Shown here: positions 19,983 through 29,594 of the stretch, piece after piece
How positions within the stretch are numbered: the stretch's first letter is position 1
Layout of the letters: every line of letters starts with the position of its first letter
Assembly: GCA_050331115.1 (NCBI GenBank)
Contig: JBHJHD010000040.1
Location: 3,935-67,934 of the forward strand
Reading direction: 5' to 3'
DNA: 64,000 nt
DNA from: Elainellaceae cyanobacterium
GTDB lineage: Bacteria > Cyanobacteriota > Cyanobacteriia > CAKZMO01
Notes under the pieces: generated by a model
The model's database searches: none
What the model saw: the letters and a program-made list of their open reading frames with translations, nothing else
Told to the model about the DNA's origin: nothing
Position numbers and translations under genes: made by a program

Positions 19983-20585
19983 CTAAGATCGCCTAGATAC
20001 GCCTTTAGGGTAAGCATCCCGCTTTAGGTTGATGCTCTTGATGTGTTTTTTGACCGTGTTGACGGTGATATGAAGCTCGAGGGCGATTTCCTCATAGGTA
20101 TAGTTAATACACCAGTAGAGAAATACCTCGGATTCTCTGTCGGTGAGGCCGAAGCGGGCCCCTTCTGCAAGGGCACGCTGCTGCGCCGATTGATACTTGT
20201 CCTCTAGCAGCACCAAGATGCGATCGCGTTTGTCGGGCTGGAGCCACCGCGCTCGGACCCGTACTAAAGCCGCCTTCGTGCGGCCCGCTGCACCCTCGAT
20301 TTGCATTGCCTGAGCGGGCTGTGGCTCACGCATTAGCGGCATACAGAGCCGCCAGATTACTCGTGGGACATCGTTGATAGGACTGAGGGGATCGCTGAGG
20401 CGGCGACAAATCGCGCGGGCGCGGCTGTTGCTGCCCACGATGCCGCCCTCTTTCGTCAAGATCAAGAAGCCATCGGGTAGGCCTTCTACCACTTCCTGCA
20501 GCAGCGTGCGGTGTTCTTTAGCAGCTGGTGCCGCGGCGGAAGCGATTGTCGGAACAGGGATGTAAGCCGGAATAAAGTCGTTCAT
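19983..20585 (-). CDS. LuxR-family transcriptional regulator with N-terminal PAS-like region
   Basis: C-terminal HTH LTDRESEVFLYWCINYTYEEIALELHITVNTVKKHIKSI. The likely start is MNDFIPAY (ATG 20585) rather than the longer track ORF. Confidence 0.75.
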   Translation of the reverse strand: MNDFIPAYIPVPTIASAAAPAAKEHRTLLQEVVEGLPDGFLILTKEGGIVGSNSRARAICRRLSDPLSPINDVPRVIWRLCMPLMREPQPAQAMQIEGAAGRTKAALVRVRARWLQPDKRDRILVLLEDKYQSAQQRALAEGARFGLTDRESEVFLYWCINYTYEEIALELHITVNTVKKHIKSINLKRDAYPKGVSRRS

Positions 20586-20861
20586 TTTTTGGGGGCTCGA
20601 TTCATCGACATCAGGGGGGCTGGCCCAAGGAAGCTTCACATGCGCCAGACGTCGGGCTAAGGTGACATTTTTGAGGGAATGCGCTGGGCCAGCAGCGTGA
20701 GGCCCTACAGCCAATTGAGCAGGGCACCGGTGCGGCACCTCAAAATAGAGCAATTTAGCGATTGAGCAATGGGCTGACTGGGGGGAATTAGGTCTGTCAA
20801 CTTGCTTATGACCTACTACAGGTGATAAATCTGCAATTTCGGGAAAGATAGCTTAAAAACG

Positions 20862-21530
20862 CTACAGGCGATCGCTCAAGAGCCACCCTGCTAGCTCCGC
20901 AACCCCTAGACCTCTCGGCTGCGTCGTCACCCGCTGCGCGATCGCCTTCAGGCTGGGTAGAGCATTTTCTACCGCGACGCCCAATCCGCAGCTTTGCAAT
21001 AGGGCATAGTCATTCTCGGCATCGCCTATGCCCACCACCTCCTCGGGGACTAGCCCCAGGTGGTCGAGGGCGACCCGCAGTCCCGTCGCTTTATTGACGC
21101 CCTCAGGCAATACCATGATTGCCCGCTTATTCAAGATGATCTGTGATTCAAGTCTCATCGCTTCAATTGTGCGCTGCACAGTCTCGCCGTGGGGCTGCCA
21201 AGTGGAGACGATAATATGGCCTCGATGAATGGGAGCCACCTGCTGAGCCATTAAAGCGGTCACAAACGCTTCTGGCGGCGGCTCGCTGAGGAGATGGAGC
21301 TTGCCCGTAGCAGGCTGGAAGAAGACGGCTCCGTTTTCGGCCACCACGCCATCAAAAATATTGGCCTGAGGAAAAGCCTGCTGTAGATCGGCCAGCACCC
21401 GGCCCGTCACCATTAGCAGCCGCCCGCCTGCGTCGCGGTAGCGCCGTAGAGCAGACAGCGTATCGGCGTCTACGACGCCATCAGTGGCAAGGGTTCCGTC
21501 GTAGTCCGTAGCGATCGCGCGATATCGCAT
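20862..21530 (-). CDS. HAD-IIB family phosphatase
   Basis: Motif I ATDYDGTLA and motif IV GIGDAENDYALL. Confidence 0.8.
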   Translation of the reverse strand: MRYRAIATDYDGTLATDGVVDADTLSALRRYRDAGGRLLMVTGRVLADLQQAFPQANIFDGVVAENGAVFFQPATGKLHLLSEPPPEAFVTALMAQQVAPIHRGHIIVSTWQPHGETVQRTIEAMRLESQIILNKRAIMVLPEGVNKATGLRVALDHLGLVPEEVVGIGDAENDYALLQSCGLGVAVENALPSLKAIAQRVTTQPRGLGVAELAGWLLSDRL

Positions 21531-21894
21531 GACAAAGCCTAAAAGGAGTGTACTGCAGGTTATTCTAAGCGCGGAGCGGGCGCGCCGAAACCCACGGTGA
21601 CGTAGCGGTAGCGTGAAATTACTTTAAACAGCTGACTCGGCGCTCGCTGAAGCCCAACTCAACGTACGTCTGACCTGGTCTACGGGTTCACAAAAATCGC
21701 TTAATTCTCACAAGCTTTACAATTAGGTTTAATCTTTACGGAACTGTTTCTATCAATTTAAGAAACACACGCTTTCTTCATAGAAAGAGGCGTGCGGTTT
21801 ATCGTTCCTTCGTAATACGCCTTTTTGATACAGGCTAGTATCGTATCAACTCGCATTCCAAAGACAAAAAAAGTAAGTTTCTATCTTACTGGAG

Positions 21895-22842
21895 ATGACC
21901 CCCGTGACTAACACTGAGACTTTGAAGCAGCGCCCAAAAGATTTCACGAGCACTGATCTTTCCGGCCATGACTTTTCATATCAAGATCTCAGGGGAGCTA
22001 CCTTTAAAGGCGCCAACTTGAAAGGCGCTAATTTCTGCCAAGCCAACTTAATCGGCGCCAATTTCTCCGGCGCCAATTTGAAAAAAGCGAATTTTGACAA
22101 TGCTGATCTGCTTCGAGCAACGCTCAAATCTGCCAAGCTAGAGTATGCCAACTTGACAGGAGCTAATCTCTCTCAAGCCCGCTGTGACGGTGCGCGCTTT
22201 ATTCGAGCTGATTTAACTGGCGCAAATCTCTCTAGAGCTGTTTTAATAGAAGCCAATCTCTCGGAAGCGACTATTAAGCACGCGCGTTTGGTTTACGCTA
22301 AGTTGCAGCGATCGCTGCTGAGCGTGACGCTTTTTCAAGAATCAGATTTGACCAAGGCTGATTTCACAGACGCCAAGTTTTCTAGGACTAACTTTGCCAA
22401 CGCGGTGTTGACAGGAGCGACTGTTGCTGAGGTTGAGCTACACAATAATTGCTACCTCAAGGGCGCAACGCTTCCCCATGAAAGGGCTTCCCACCGTCAG
22501 AGTGCCGCTGCGCAACCCCAGTCTTCAGTCGAGAAGGCCTACAGGGTTCAGGCCTCTTCCGCAACGGCCTCAGCCAGCGTGCCTAGCTCCAAAAAATTGC
22601 TCTATCGGGGACGTACCGCCGTCAATCAAACGGCACAAGAAATGGATGCCTCACCTGTTGCCCGTGCTGCTGATAGTACAAACCACGCCCAGGGAACCTA
22701 TCGCGGGCGCTCCATGCATATAAAGGCCCAGCCCCTCAAGGCCCAAGACCGCACCGCGAGCAATCGCCAGCCGGCTAAATTTACCGCTCCCATCAGCGTT
22801 TCAGGTCGGACGATCTCTCAAAACCGTCTAGCCACCTCCTAG
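21895..22842 (+). CDS. Pentapeptide-repeat protein with disordered C-terminal tail
   Basis: Long run of A(D/N)LxGANL-type pentapeptides (DLRGATFKGANLKGANFCQANLIGANFSGANL...). ATG is preceded by actggag. Confidence 0.85.
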   Translation: MTPVTNTETLKQRPKDFTSTDLSGHDFSYQDLRGATFKGANLKGANFCQANLIGANFSGANLKKANFDNADLLRATLKSAKLEYANLTGANLSQARCDGARFIRADLTGANLSRAVLIEANLSEATIKHARLVYAKLQRSLLSVTLFQESDLTKADFTDAKFSRTNFANAVLTGATVAEVELHNNCYLKGATLPHERASHRQSAAAQPQSSVEKAYRVQASSATASASVPSSKKLLYRGRTAVNQTAQEMDASPVARAADSTNHAQGTYRGRSMHIKAQPLKAQDRTASNRQPAKFTAPISVSGRTISQNRLATS

Positions 22843-22873
22843 CCTGAATAGCGCAGCCCTGCTCAAGTCAACG

Positions 22874-23018
22874 CTAAGAGGGCGTTTGAAAAGTGACAAA
22901 AGTCCTGCATTACCCCCTCTAGCTCCCCTACGCCCTGCGGGCAGGCTAACGCCAGAGTAAGGGGGAGAACTGGGCTTCCCCTCCCGGTAAGGGAGGATTG
23001 AGGGGGGTGAAGCAGGAG
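22874..23018 (+). mobile_element. MITE-like element, truncated copy (one terminal repeat only)
   Basis: ctaagagggcgtttgaaaagtgacaaaagtcctgcattaccccctcta...ggattgaggggggtgaagcagg aligns to the reverse complement of the element at 47132-47292. The second terminal repeat is missing. It ends 7 bp from the tricorn stop codon. Confidence 0.7.
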
Positions 23019-23024
23019 TATAGA

Positions 23025-26000
23025 CTACGGCAGATGGAGCCGCGGGCGATCGCCAAAGTCCGGCAGTTTAACCGGGTTCTCCTCTAGCTGCTTGAGGATC
23101 ACCTCGATGCCTCGTTCGAGCTGTGGGTCTTTGCCTGCAGCCCAGTCGTGGGGCGAAATCTCTACTGGAATCGTGGGGTCGGTGCCGTAGTTCTCGACGC
23201 CCCAGCCCACGTCCTTAAACCAAAACGAATATTCGGGTTGGGTGACAATGCTGTGGTCTACCAGCTGGTAGCGCGGCCAAATGCCGATTACGCCGCCCCA
23301 GGTGCGGGTGCCAATTAGCGGTCCAATATCCATTAGCTTGAAGCAGTGGCTGAAGATATCGCCGTCGGAGCCCGCTTGTTCATTGGTGAGGGCAGCAATC
23401 GGCCCTGCCATCGAATCTGCCGGGTAGGGCTCAGGCTTTTCCCACCGGGGCACGTCGTATCCAATGCGCTGGCGGGCCAGCTTCTCCAAAATGAGCTGAG
23501 ACACATGGCCGCCGCCGTTGAAGCGTACATCGACCAGAAGCCCTTCTTTGTGCACCTCTGCAAAGTAGTAGCGATGAAACTCAGCGTAGCCCTGGGGCCC
23601 CATATCGGGGATATGCACATACCCCACCCGGCCGCCAGTCGCCTCGGTGACGGTCTGATGGTTGCGCTCCACCCATTCTCGGTAGCGCAGCTGGCGATCG
23701 CGCTCTAGCGTTTTGACCGTTACGGTACGCCGATTTCCATCGCGCGCCACCGTCAGCTGCACGCGACAGCCCGCCTGGTGCACCAGCAGCTCGTGGGGGC
23801 CGACCTGAGGCGTCAGCCGCTGGCCGTTGATGGCTAGGAGGCGATCGCCCGGGCTCACATTTATCCCCATCTCCTGTAAGGGGGAGGCCTGCTTACTCCA
23901 GACGTCTCCCTGAACAATATGGGCAATGCGGTAGGCCTCGGCTTCTGGGCTATAGGCAAAGTCGGCCCCTAAAAAGCCCATGGCGTAGTCCGGCTCTTCC
24001 CGGTAGTCACCCCCCATTTCGTAGGCGTGGGAGGTGCCGAGCTCTCCCTGCATCTCCCACACCAGATCAGAGAACTCAGAGCGGGTCGAAACGCGGCTTA
24101 GCAGGGGGTGATAGCGCTCATACACCCGCACCCAGTCTACCCCCGAGAGGTCTTCCGTCCAAAAGTGGTCCCGCTGCAGGCCCCAGATTTCCGCTAGCAT
24201 TTGCTGCCACTCCTGCTGGGGCAACACTGAGATGCGCACCCGCTCTAAATCTAGCCAGCCAGTCTTGCGGCTCGGGTCGTCGTCATCGCTGTGGTCATCA
24301 CCCTCCGACTGGGGCTTAGCCGCACAGACCCGCAGGCGATCGCCCGACCGATAGATCAGCGTGCTGTGGTCACGGCCCACTTTAAAGTCGCTTACCTTCT
24401 CCGCCACCAGCTCGCAGTTTTGGGCTTTGAAGTCGTAGAGCTCAATTTTGCCGTCTGCTGGCGGGGTCATATCGGCCCAATCTCCCCCGAGACTTCCCTT
24501 GACGGGCAGTGAGCTAAACAGTACCCCGTCCTTAAAGCCCTGAATTTGCTCGTAGCGACCCTCCGCCACCGGAAAGCCCGCCACCCGCTGCTCTATGCCC
24601 GCTAGCTCGATGGTCAGCGGCGCTGGCCTATCTAAGTCGGGGCGATCGCCTCCGGAGGATGGCTCGCCATCGTCGGGGCCATGATCGCCTTTCTCCTCCT
24701 CCTTCTCGTCTTCAGACAGCGGCTTGGGCACCGGCACGAAGGGAGAGAGGGTATCCTTTTGAAGCGAAATCAGGAACGGACGCGTGGCGCGGGGGAAGTT
24801 GAGGTCGAAGTAGACGCTGTCGTACACCGGGTTGAACTCTCGCACCGACAGGAAATAGATAAACTTGCCCTGGGGGTCAAAGCTGGGGTCGTAGTCGAAA
24901 AAGCGCGGCGGCGTCAGGCGGTGGGTCTCGCCGTCGGCGACGTGGCACAGCTTGATAGACGAGGTGTATTGGGTTTCGCTGTAGCCATAGACCACCCACT
25001 CGCCGTCGGCAGACCAGCTAAAGCCGTGGATGCGCTGGTAGGGGCTGCGGTCTAGCACGCGGGACTGCTGGCTCTCTAGATCAATCCAGATGAGCTCGTG
25101 GCGATGGTTAGAGAGTATCACTTGGTTGCCAACGGGCGACGCCTTCAGGTCCACCACGCGGCCAATGTCTAGCGCGCCTAGGAGGGTGGGGGCTACGTCA
25201 AAGTCGGTGCTCAACAGGGCTAGAGCTTCCGAGCCGCTGCCTGATGCCCCATTCGCCCCATCGGCAGTGCCCACTTGCTCACCTTGGGCACCCGTCGCCC
25301 CCACGCTTACCGCTACAAAACGGCTGCCGCCATGTAGCCACTGGGCAAGGCGGTATCGACCGGCCCCGGCAGGCATCAGCGGCATCACGGCCCCTTCCCA
25401 ATGGCCAAAGCTAAAGCCCTGGCCGCGGCTGGTCACGAGGGTGGCGTGGCCCTTGGGGTGCAGGTCGTAGTCTTCGAGGTAATGGCCCGCGTCGACGAAC
25501 TTGCGCTGCCGCTGCACGCGGGGGCTGTGGAACTCGACCGAAATGAGGTGCTCGCGGCCCGAGGCCACGTCGAAGTAGAACAGGTCAGCCCCAGCGTGGT
25601 AGACGATGCGCTGTCCGCTGGTGGTGGCGTTGCGCAGGTAATAGTCCTCGTGGTTTGTCAACCGCTGCAGGTCGTCGCCCGCGGGCGTACAGGTGTAGAG
25701 ATTGCCGATGCCCTCGTGGTCGGAAATAAAGTAGATGCGATCGCCCACCCACATCGGCGCGGCAATGTTGCCCTGGAGGTCTAGCAGCCGCTCAAAGTGG
25801 CCGTCGCCGCTGACGTCGATCCACATGACCCCAGCCAGACCGCCCCGATAGCGCTTCCACCGGGCAGGGTCGCCAATGTTGCGCCCCAAAAGCACGCCGC
25901 CTTGGGGACCAAATGACACCTTATGGGCCATCCCGTAGGGCAAGCGCTGCGGCAGGCCACCCTCAGCGCTAATGCTGTGCAGCTGCATCAGGCGACGAAA

Positions 26001-26333
26001 GGGCTGACCGGCGCTGCTGGCAAAGATAATAGACTTTCCATCCGGGCTCCAGCCCGCCACCTGAGCCCCTACGCCCAGAAAGGTCAATCGCCTGGCGCTT
26101 CCGCCCGTCGCGGGCATCACGTACACCTCGGCGTGGCCCTCCTCTCGGCCCACAAAGGCAATCTGCTGGCCGCTGGGGGAGAGCGCTGGATGGCTAACTT
26201 CTCCCAGGTTTGCGGTGAGCCGCAGAGCAACGCCGCCGCCCACGGGCACGCTCCATAAATCGTCTTCACAGACAAACACCACGCGATCGCCGTGGAGGGT
26301 TGGAAAGCGGTAGTAGCCGGATGGATTATTCAT
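23025..26333 (-). CDS. Tricorn-protease homologue (beta-propellers + PDZ + S41 peptidase domain)
   Basis: 1102 aa. N-terminus YYRFPTLHGDRVVFVCEDDLWSVPVGGG, TolB-like repeats, and a C-terminal S41-like region (GYVHIPDMG...VDVRFNGGGHVSQ). Confidence 0.85.
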   Translation of the reverse strand: MNNPSGYYRFPTLHGDRVVFVCEDDLWSVPVGGGVALRLTANLGEVSHPALSPSGQQIAFVGREEGHAEVYVMPATGGSARRLTFLGVGAQVAGWSPDGKSIIFASSAGQPFRRLMQLHSISAEGGLPQRLPYGMAHKVSFGPQGGVLLGRNIGDPARWKRYRGGLAGVMWIDVSGDGHFERLLDLQGNIAAPMWVGDRIYFISDHEGIGNLYTCTPAGDDLQRLTNHEDYYLRNATTSGQRIVYHAGADLFYFDVASGREHLISVEFHSPRVQRQRKFVDAGHYLEDYDLHPKGHATLVTSRGQGFSFGHWEGAVMPLMPAGAGRYRLAQWLHGGSRFVAVSVGATGAQGEQVGTADGANGASGSGSEALALLSTDFDVAPTLLGALDIGRVVDLKASPVGNQVILSNHRHELIWIDLESQQSRVLDRSPYQRIHGFSWSADGEWVVYGYSETQYTSSIKLCHVADGETHRLTPPRFFDYDPSFDPQGKFIYFLSVREFNPVYDSVYFDLNFPRATRPFLISLQKDTLSPFVPVPKPLSEDEKEEEKGDHGPDDGEPSSGGDRPDLDRPAPLTIELAGIEQRVAGFPVAEGRYEQIQGFKDGVLFSSLPVKGSLGGDWADMTPPADGKIELYDFKAQNCELVAEKVSDFKVGRDHSTLIYRSGDRLRVCAAKPQSEGDDHSDDDDPSRKTGWLDLERVRISVLPQQEWQQMLAEIWGLQRDHFWTEDLSGVDWVRVYERYHPLLSRVSTRSEFSDLVWEMQGELGTSHAYEMGGDYREEPDYAMGFLGADFAYSPEAEAYRIAHIVQGDVWSKQASPLQEMGINVSPGDRLLAINGQRLTPQVGPHELLVHQAGCRVQLTVARDGNRRTVTVKTLERDRQLRYREWVERNHQTVTEATGGRVGYVHIPDMGPQGYAEFHRYYFAEVHKEGLLVDVRFNGGGHVSQLILEKLARQRIGYDVPRWEKPEPYPADSMAGPIAALTNEQAGSDGDIFSHCFKLMDIGPLIGTRTWGGVIGIWPRYQLVDHSIVTQPEYSFWFKDVGWGVENYGTDPTIPVEISPHDWAAGKDPQLERGIEVILKQLEENPVKLPDFGDRPRLHLP

Positions 26334-26480
26334 TTTTGAGCGTTAGAGGTGCCGTATGACCGAAATTAATCATAGTCAGGCTTTGGGCGAAAACCGTAAG
26401 AAGTTAACGATGCGCAACAAATATTGCGTTGGCGCTGTTGCTCAGGACAGCACGACCGGCTGAAAGCCCTAAATTTTGCA

Positions 26481-26502
26481 GGCAACAGCGCGCGCTGTTG
26501 CC
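26481..26502. promoter_or_regulatory. Perfect 22-bp palindrome ggcaacagcgcgcgctgttgcc
   Basis: Read directly. It is intergenic, about 135 bp upstream of the truncated methyltransferase ORF. Operator or hairpin function is speculative. Confidence 0.3.
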
Positions 26503-26635
26503 CTGATGTATCAGAACAATTGCTGTAGAACTCCTGGTGAGCTAAGCCGCTTATCAGGGAATTTTCAGGGACGTTAGGCTTAATAGCCAAAGTAGATGTT
26601 CTGAAACAAGATTTTGTGACTAGCTGGGAGATTTG

Positions 26636-26833
26636 ATGAGCTACCTCGACACCACAACCCGGTTTTACAGCGATGTCGCTAAAGACCCGATGGTGGGGCT
26701 GTGCTGTGTGCAGAGTACCCCCCTGCAGCTGCCCGGCCTTACTGTTCCGGTGCTGATGCAGGAGATGAACTACGGCTGTGGAACCGTCGACCTAGTTTTA
26801 CGACGGTGGGGGCTGCTGCTAGCAAAATTTTAG
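26636..26833 (+). pseudogene. N-terminal fragment of an ArsM-like/class I SAM-dependent methyltransferase
   Basis: MSYLDTTTRFYSDVAKDPMVGLCCVQSTPLQLPGLTVPVLMQEMNYGCGT, then unrelated residues and a stop. Only 27 bp separate it from the next gene, so the remainder of the usual methyltransferase body is absent. Confidence 0.45.
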
Positions 26834-26860
26834 TTTGTGAGGACTTTGAAGCGATAAGGA

Positions 26861-28462
26861 CTACGTCTTCGCTAGGCGATCGCTGTCCCAGACCGAGGCG
26901 AAGTCTTCGTCGGTTTTGGCCTGTTCGCGGTACTGGGGATGTAGCGCGATCGCCTCTTCAAGCTGCTCTAGGGCTCGCTCCACCTTGCCCCACAGCGCAT
27001 AGCAGCAGGCCTTGTTATATACCGCAAACCGATAGTCCGGCTGCATCGCCAAAGCCGCGTCATAGGCCGCGATCGCTTCCTCATAGCGCCCCTGCCGCGC
27101 TAAAGCGTTCCCCTGGTTGTAGCGCGTCTCGTAGTCCCCCTTTGGTAAGGAGGGCTCGTTCCCGGTAGAGGCGTCGTCAGCGCCGGTGCTGGCCGCCTCG
27201 CTTTCCGCTGCCGCTTCATCTGGCTCCGAGTCATCCACTCGCGATATCGCCTGAGCTATATCCTCTACGTCCTCTACCGGCTTAGCGATCGCTGCTTCCT
27301 CTGGCTCGGCTTGGCGTTCCAAATCATTGGGCTGCTGACTACCGGGCTTTGGCTGCTCTACCAGCAGCGGTAGCTCTGGCTTGTCGGGCAAGGCCGTTTC
27401 TAAACCAGCAGGCTCAAACGGGTTAGCGTCTGAGGCTGCTGCCGCTGCATTAGCTGCATCTGGCGCATCTGCTGCGTTTGAGGCTTCGATTTGGCTTGTA
27501 TTTGATTGGCTTGTATCTGATTGGTTTATGTCTAAGGCGATCGCAGCTCTGAGCCGGACGAGCTGCTGACGGACAAAACTGGGATAGCTGGTCTCACGGT
27601 GATTCGTGCCGCGATAGTCTTGGCGAAAGTCGAGGGCGTTGGCATAGGCTTCCACTGCATCTTGGTAGCGCCTTAGCCTACGGAAAGCGTATCCCTGGTC
27701 TTGCAGCACCTCTTGATCTTCAGGGTCTAAATCTAAAACCGCTCCAATGGCGGCGATCGCTTCCCGGTACTGGCCCAGATAGGTGAGGGACAGGCCTTGA
27801 GCAAACAGCGCCTCAATCCTGCTGGGCTGCAGGGAGAGCAAGCTATCCCAGGCGGCGGCGGCCTTGCCGTGGCGGCCTAGGTTGCACAGCAGCATAGCTT
27901 TGCCGTAGTGCGCTTTAACCCCGCCAGGGTTGAGGTCAAGGGCAGCATCAAGAGCCGAGATCGCGGCCTGCTCTCGGCCGAGCTTGCCCAACGTAACGGC
28001 CTTGTTGTACCAGGTGCGACCGTCGTCGGGGTGGGCTGACAAGACCTGATTAAAAGCAGCAATCGCCTCTGGGTAGCGGTTGAGCAGCCCCAGCACAACC
28101 CCATCGGCGGGGTCGCCCGGACTAGAGTGCTCGTAGGTGGCGATCGCGGCCTCGTAAGCGCTCAAGGTATTGTGAACGCGACGCCCAGCGTCGCTAGCCT
28201 CTCGCTGGTGGGCGTCCAGCAAGGCCTTGGCGTCCCACACCGCGATCGCCTCACGGTAGTTGCTTTCGTATGCGTCAATCAGGCCTTGCTCAAACCTCAG
28301 CTTAGCCCAGTCCTCTGGCGACACTGTCTCAGCCCCTCGCTCAAGCAGCGCTTGAACCGTAAGCCGCCTCTCCCGCCTCACCTGCAGCGACAAATAATCT
28401 TCTGTCCGCGCTAATATCGCTTTCACCTGCTGGTGCTGCTCAAGATTCCTTTCGCCGCCCAT
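26861..28462 (-). CDS. TPR-repeat protein with acidic low-complexity linker
   Basis: 533 aa. TPR units on both sides of a central Ala/Asp/Glu/Ser-rich segment. Confidence 0.8.
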   Translation of the reverse strand: MGGERNLEQHQQVKAILARTEDYLSLQVRRERRLTVQALLERGAETVSPEDWAKLRFEQGLIDAYESNYREAIAVWDAKALLDAHQREASDAGRRVHNTLSAYEAAIATYEHSSPGDPADGVVLGLLNRYPEAIAAFNQVLSAHPDDGRTWYNKAVTLGKLGREQAAISALDAALDLNPGGVKAHYGKAMLLCNLGRHGKAAAAWDSLLSLQPSRIEALFAQGLSLTYLGQYREAIAAIGAVLDLDPEDQEVLQDQGYAFRRLRRYQDAVEAYANALDFRQDYRGTNHRETSYPSFVRQQLVRLRAAIALDINQSDTSQSNTSQIEASNAADAPDAANAAAAASDANPFEPAGLETALPDKPELPLLVEQPKPGSQQPNDLERQAEPEEAAIAKPVEDVEDIAQAISRVDDSEPDEAAAESEAASTGADDASTGNEPSLPKGDYETRYNQGNALARQGRYEEAIAAYDAALAMQPDYRFAVYNKACCYALWGKVERALEQLEEAIALHPQYREQAKTDEDFASVWDSDRLAKT

Positions 28463-28604
28463 GCCCTATTTCCGTGCGCTTCCCTAGTGGCCCTTCTCAT
28501 CTTATTCGATAGGGTGACCGCGATCGCCTTCGCCAATTTAGGGTAAGCTTAGCTTATCTGATAAAATCTTATAAAAAGTTAACGATATAACGTTTAAGTT
28601 CCCC

Positions 28605-29582
28605 ATGAAAGTATTGATCGTTGGTGCGACGGGTACCCTGGGTCGGCAAATTGCCCGCCGTGCTTTAGATGAGGGCCATCAGGTCCGCTGTCTAGTCCGA
28701 AGTTTTCGGAAAGCCGCTTTTCTCAAGGAATGGGGAACTGAGCTAGCGGGCGGAGACATCTGCAGACCCGATACCCTGCCCGCCGCCTTAGAGGGCGTCG
28801 ACGCCGTGATCGATGCCGCTACGGCCCGCGCCACCGACGCTCTGTCCATTCGTCAGGTGGATTGGGAGGGCAAGGTCAACCTAATCAAGGCCACTCAAGC
28901 CGCTGGCGTCAAGCGCTTCATCTTCTTTTCTATCCTGGATGCTGACCAATACCCGGACGTGCCTCTGATGGAGATCAAGCGGTGCACGGAGGCCTATCTG
29001 TCAGAGTCCGGCTTAGATTACACCATTCTCCAGCCCTGCGGCTTCCTCCAAGGTCTCATTGGCCAATACGCTATTCCTATCCTAGAAGGGCAAGCGGTCT
29101 GGGTTATGGGAGAGACTTCTCCTACCGCCTACATGAATACTCAAGACATCGCTCGCTTCGCCATTCAGGCACTAGAGCGCCCAGACACCATGGGTCAGTC
29201 TTTCCCCGTTGTGGGCAGCCGGGCCTGGGGCGCTTACGAGATCATCCGGCTGTGCGAGCGTCTGTCCCGTAAGGACGCCCGCATTACCCGCATGCCCAGC
29301 GGCCTGCTGCGGGTGATTCGGCGGTCGGCCGGAGTTTTTCAGTGGACCTGGAATATTGGCGATCGCCTCGCCTTTATGGAAGTGGTGGCTTCGGGTCGGC
29401 CGTTAAATGCCGATATGGAGAAAACCTACAGCGCTTTCGACATCGATCCTGACAGCATCACGACTTTGGAAGCCTACCTGCAGGAATATTTCGACCGCAT
29501 CCTCAAGAAGCTGCTGGAGATCGACTACGAGAAGCAAAAATCTAAGAAGAAAAAGAAAACCCCGTTCAAAACGGGGGTTTAG
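28605..29582 (+). CDS. ycf39: Ycf39 (NmrA/SDR-like photosystem II assembly factor)
   Basis: MKVLIVGATGTLGRQIARRALDEGHQVRCLVRSFRKAAFLKEWG...IRQVDWEGK...YLQEYF closely follows the Synechocystis Slr0399 pattern as I remember it. Confidence 0.85.
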   Translation: MKVLIVGATGTLGRQIARRALDEGHQVRCLVRSFRKAAFLKEWGTELAGGDICRPDTLPAALEGVDAVIDAATARATDALSIRQVDWEGKVNLIKATQAAGVKRFIFFSILDADQYPDVPLMEIKRCTEAYLSESGLDYTILQPCGFLQGLIGQYAIPILEGQAVWVMGETSPTAYMNTQDIARFAIQALERPDTMGQSFPVVGSRAWGAYEIIRLCERLSRKDARITRMPSGLLRVIRRSAGVFQWTWNIGDRLAFMEVVASGRPLNADMEKTYSAFDIDPDSITTLEAYLQEYFDRILKKLLEIDYEKQKSKKKKKTPFKTGV

Positions 29583-29594
29583 GCCTCAAGCCGA

